Source: a virus (taxonomy: Duplodnaviria > Caudoviricetes). From it: a DNA stretch of 33,632 nucleotides. This document shows, piece after piece, positions 32,043-33,632 of this stretch. Position numbers and translations under genes: made by a program. The DNA is taken from positions 1 through 33,632 of the IMG/VR virus record IMGVR_UViG_3300016469_000504; one strand, given 5' to 3'. The notes below the pieces were generated by a model, which did no database searches, was not told the DNA's origin, and saw only the letters and a list, made by a program, of their open reading frames with translations. The first letter of the stretch is position 1, and every line of letters starts with the position of its first letter.

Positions 32043-32408
32043 TCACTTTCGCTTTTGAAAATACCAAACAACTTTGTCGGGTCCAATCTGCTGGACAAGC
32101 TCAATTTCCGATGGTTTCGCGCCTGTCTGGGCAAGGTATGCTTGGCAAAAGTCTTCAAGTATTTTTGAGTGAGCTTTTTGAACTTTGTGAACAGGCCTAT
32201 CAAAATCGTAGTTTTCTAATGGGTGCTCTGGCTCCCACGCATGCTCGGCCTGCATTGCATACTCTGGAATCGGCAACATGGGCGGGAGCATGCCGGCCTC
32301 TTCGATTGCGTCCAACACCTTGCAGGCAAGATTGTATGCAAAGATATGCCGCTCAGCTTTTTCGTAAATGACGTTTTTGAGTAGCTCTATCATCTCACTT
32401 CGTTTCAT
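32043..32408 (-). CDS. Hypothetical phage protein
   Basis: MKRSEMIELL...IEEAGMLPP; ATG 32408 is ATGA-coupled to the upstream stop. Confidence 0.65.
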   Translation of the reverse strand: MKRSEMIELLKNVIYEKAERHIFAYNLACKVLDAIEEAGMLPPMLPIPEYAMQAEHAWEPEHPLENYDFDRPVHKVQKAHSKILEDFCQAYLAQTGAKPSEIELVQQIGPDKVVWYFQKRK

Positions 32409-32614
32409 GTCCCTTGCTCCATGTCTGCTCGCGAGTTCCAAGCTCTTAGGCTAAGCCAATATGTGGTCTTAAAAGGCTGAAGCACAACGTTGTATCTTTT
32501 TATCTGCCTCGCCCCTTCAATATCAAAGCACTTGTACGCACGGAAAAATCCAGGAATAGGTACTGCGTTTTGGTCATAGATTTCTAGCTGAAACTGGTAT
32601 TCTTGTTTTTTCAT
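32405..32614 (-). CDS. Hypothetical protein
   Basis: 69 aa, ATGA-coupled; GGAG RBS. Confidence 0.6.
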   Translation of the reverse strand: MKKQEYQFQLEIYDQNAVPIPGFFRAYKCFDIEGARQIKRYNVVLQPFKTTYWLSLRAWNSRADMEQGT

Positions 32615-32901
32615 GGCTTGCTCTCCTTTTTTAGGCGCTCTAGCTCCTCTTTGATCTCGACAAGCGAATCAAAAATAAGCGGAAACAGAGTGTCGCCTGC
32701 GTGTCCTTCAAGAGCGCCCTGCTTATACATGTCGACTGCTTTATCTAGATTGGGGGATGTTGATGCGTTTTCCATAGTGCTCTCAATCTCTTCAGCCGCT
32801 TCTTGGTGGTCAGCGCAGTAGAGAGCAGCGTGCATACTGACGTATCCAACGGCTTCTTTGTCGCAGAAATCGCACTTCATGGCTTGCTCTCCTTCGCTCA
32901 T
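32611..32901 (-). CDS. Hypothetical protein with CxxC...CxxH motif
   Basis: CDFC...YCADH; the start is probably the second Met (32880, AAGGAG RBS). Confidence 0.6.
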   Translation of the reverse strand: MSEGEQAMKCDFCDKEAVGYVSMHAALYCADHQEAAEEIESTMENASTSPNLDKAVDMYKQGALEGHAGDTLFPLIFDSLVEIKEELERLKKESKP

Positions 32902-32990
32902 GTGAAAAATGGGCGTTTTTCACCTGTTTATTCCTGTAAACCATCGTTTTCCCGCGCTCGTGTGAAGGGCTCATCGCAGTAGCCCTTCTC

Positions 32991-33116
32991 TCACCCTAAA
33001 AATCTATCGTGCGTTATGTGCTCACCACACTCACATTCGTTACAAAGACCTGAGTTATATTTGTACGTGTGACCGACTACGAATTCATGCCATAACCAAA
33101 GCCAAATCAATTTCAT
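32991..33116 (-). CDS. 41-aa Cys/His-rich ORF absent from the track (MKLIWLWLWHEFVVGHTY...CNECECGEH...)
   Basis: ATGA overlap with the stop at 33113; fills the gap. Confidence 0.5.
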   Translation of the reverse strand: MKLIWLWLWHEFVVGHTYKYNSGLCNECECGEHITHDRFLG

Positions 33117-33319
33117 CGTCTCGCTCTCTTCTTTTTCCAAAGCGTTCCCTCAACCACACACTCAAGCTCTGATAAGTTTACTCGATAGATTCCACATTCT
33201 CGCCAACAGTCGCGCTCCTTTTTCAATACGCGAACGGACGGATAGAGGATGACGTCACGTGCTCCAAGTGAAACGTCCCTGTCATCGGTTCCGCAGATGT
33301 AGCCGTAGAGTTTTCTCAT
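33113..33319 (-). CDS. Hypothetical phage protein
   Basis: 68 aa; LYPSV..LK..RDCWRECGIYRV; GGAG RBS. Confidence 0.65.
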   Translation of the reverse strand: MRKLYGYICGTDDRDVSLGARDVILYPSVRVLKKERDCWRECGIYRVNLSELECVVEGTLWKKKRARR

Positions 33320-33347
33320 CGTCTCTCACTCCAGTTTTGCTAAATTC

Positions 33348-33632
33348 CTATTTCTGCTCTTTTAACATCGCACGCTGAAGGTGACGAATTGCTCTAAACA
33401 ACTTGTAGTAAGCTTTTGCTTGTTCTTCTGTTAGCCCGTGTTCAACACCAAGCTCCATGTGCGTTTCTTTCCATTGTTTTAAGCTAAACAGATGACAACC
33501 AACTTGAATACCTTTTGGATGTGAGGTGAGCTCCCATCTCAACCCTGCAACTGAAACGCAATGATGCTCTTTAGAGATTTCTATATTGCCGGAAACACGA
33601 GCGATGCCGGAAACACGAGCGTTGCCAAAAAC
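33348..33632 (-). CDS. Hexapeptide-repeat (left-handed beta-helix-like) protein, 5'-truncated
   Basis: Frame is open to the window edge: VFGNAR-VSGIAR-VSGN..., then IQVGCHLFSLKQW; 18-bp nucleotide repeat at the edge. Confidence 0.75.
   Translation of the reverse strand, partial: VFGNARVSGIARVSGNIEISKEHHCVSVAGLRWELTSHPKGIQVGCHLFSLKQWKETHMELGVEHGLTEEQAKAYYKLFRAIRHLQRAMLKEQK

Noticed and set aside
31916-32371. Track ORFs 31916-32203 (-) and 31931-32371 (+)
   Set aside because: Better explained by the coupled genes 32043-32408 and 31909-32034.

Overview
This window is part of a tailed dsDNA phage or prophage with podovirus-like (P22/T7-type short-tail) architecture, in two convergent blocks that meet at about 17290. 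The + strand (1-17294) holds an HNH endonuclease, portal, scaffold, capsid decoration and major capsid proteins, an unusual head-tail adaptor fused to a fibre, a nozzle, a tail fibre, three ejection-type proteins and a holin-like gene. The - strand (17286-33632) holds a compact tyrosine recombinase, GroES, a holin-like gene, an SSB-like protein, a Cas4-like nuclease, DUF1599, family A DNA polymerase, RuvC, a second HNH, a ClpP-like protease, a signal-peptide lytic transglycosylase, a lipoprotein trypsin-like protease, ThyX and many small ORFs. Terminase, primase/helicase and a recognisable repressor are not seen and may lie outside the window. Three non-coding signals stand out. (1) An AT-rich palindrome AAHAWTAA-N6-TTAWTDTT has four exact and two degenerate copies, found only at gene starts in the leftward block; two copies bracket the groES-recombinase pair. 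(2) CsrA/RsmA-type CANGGANG motifs, some in hairpin loops, lie on translation starts of head genes. (3) A consensus sigma54 promoter precedes the DUF1599 gene. All calls come from manual motif reading; no database searches were run.
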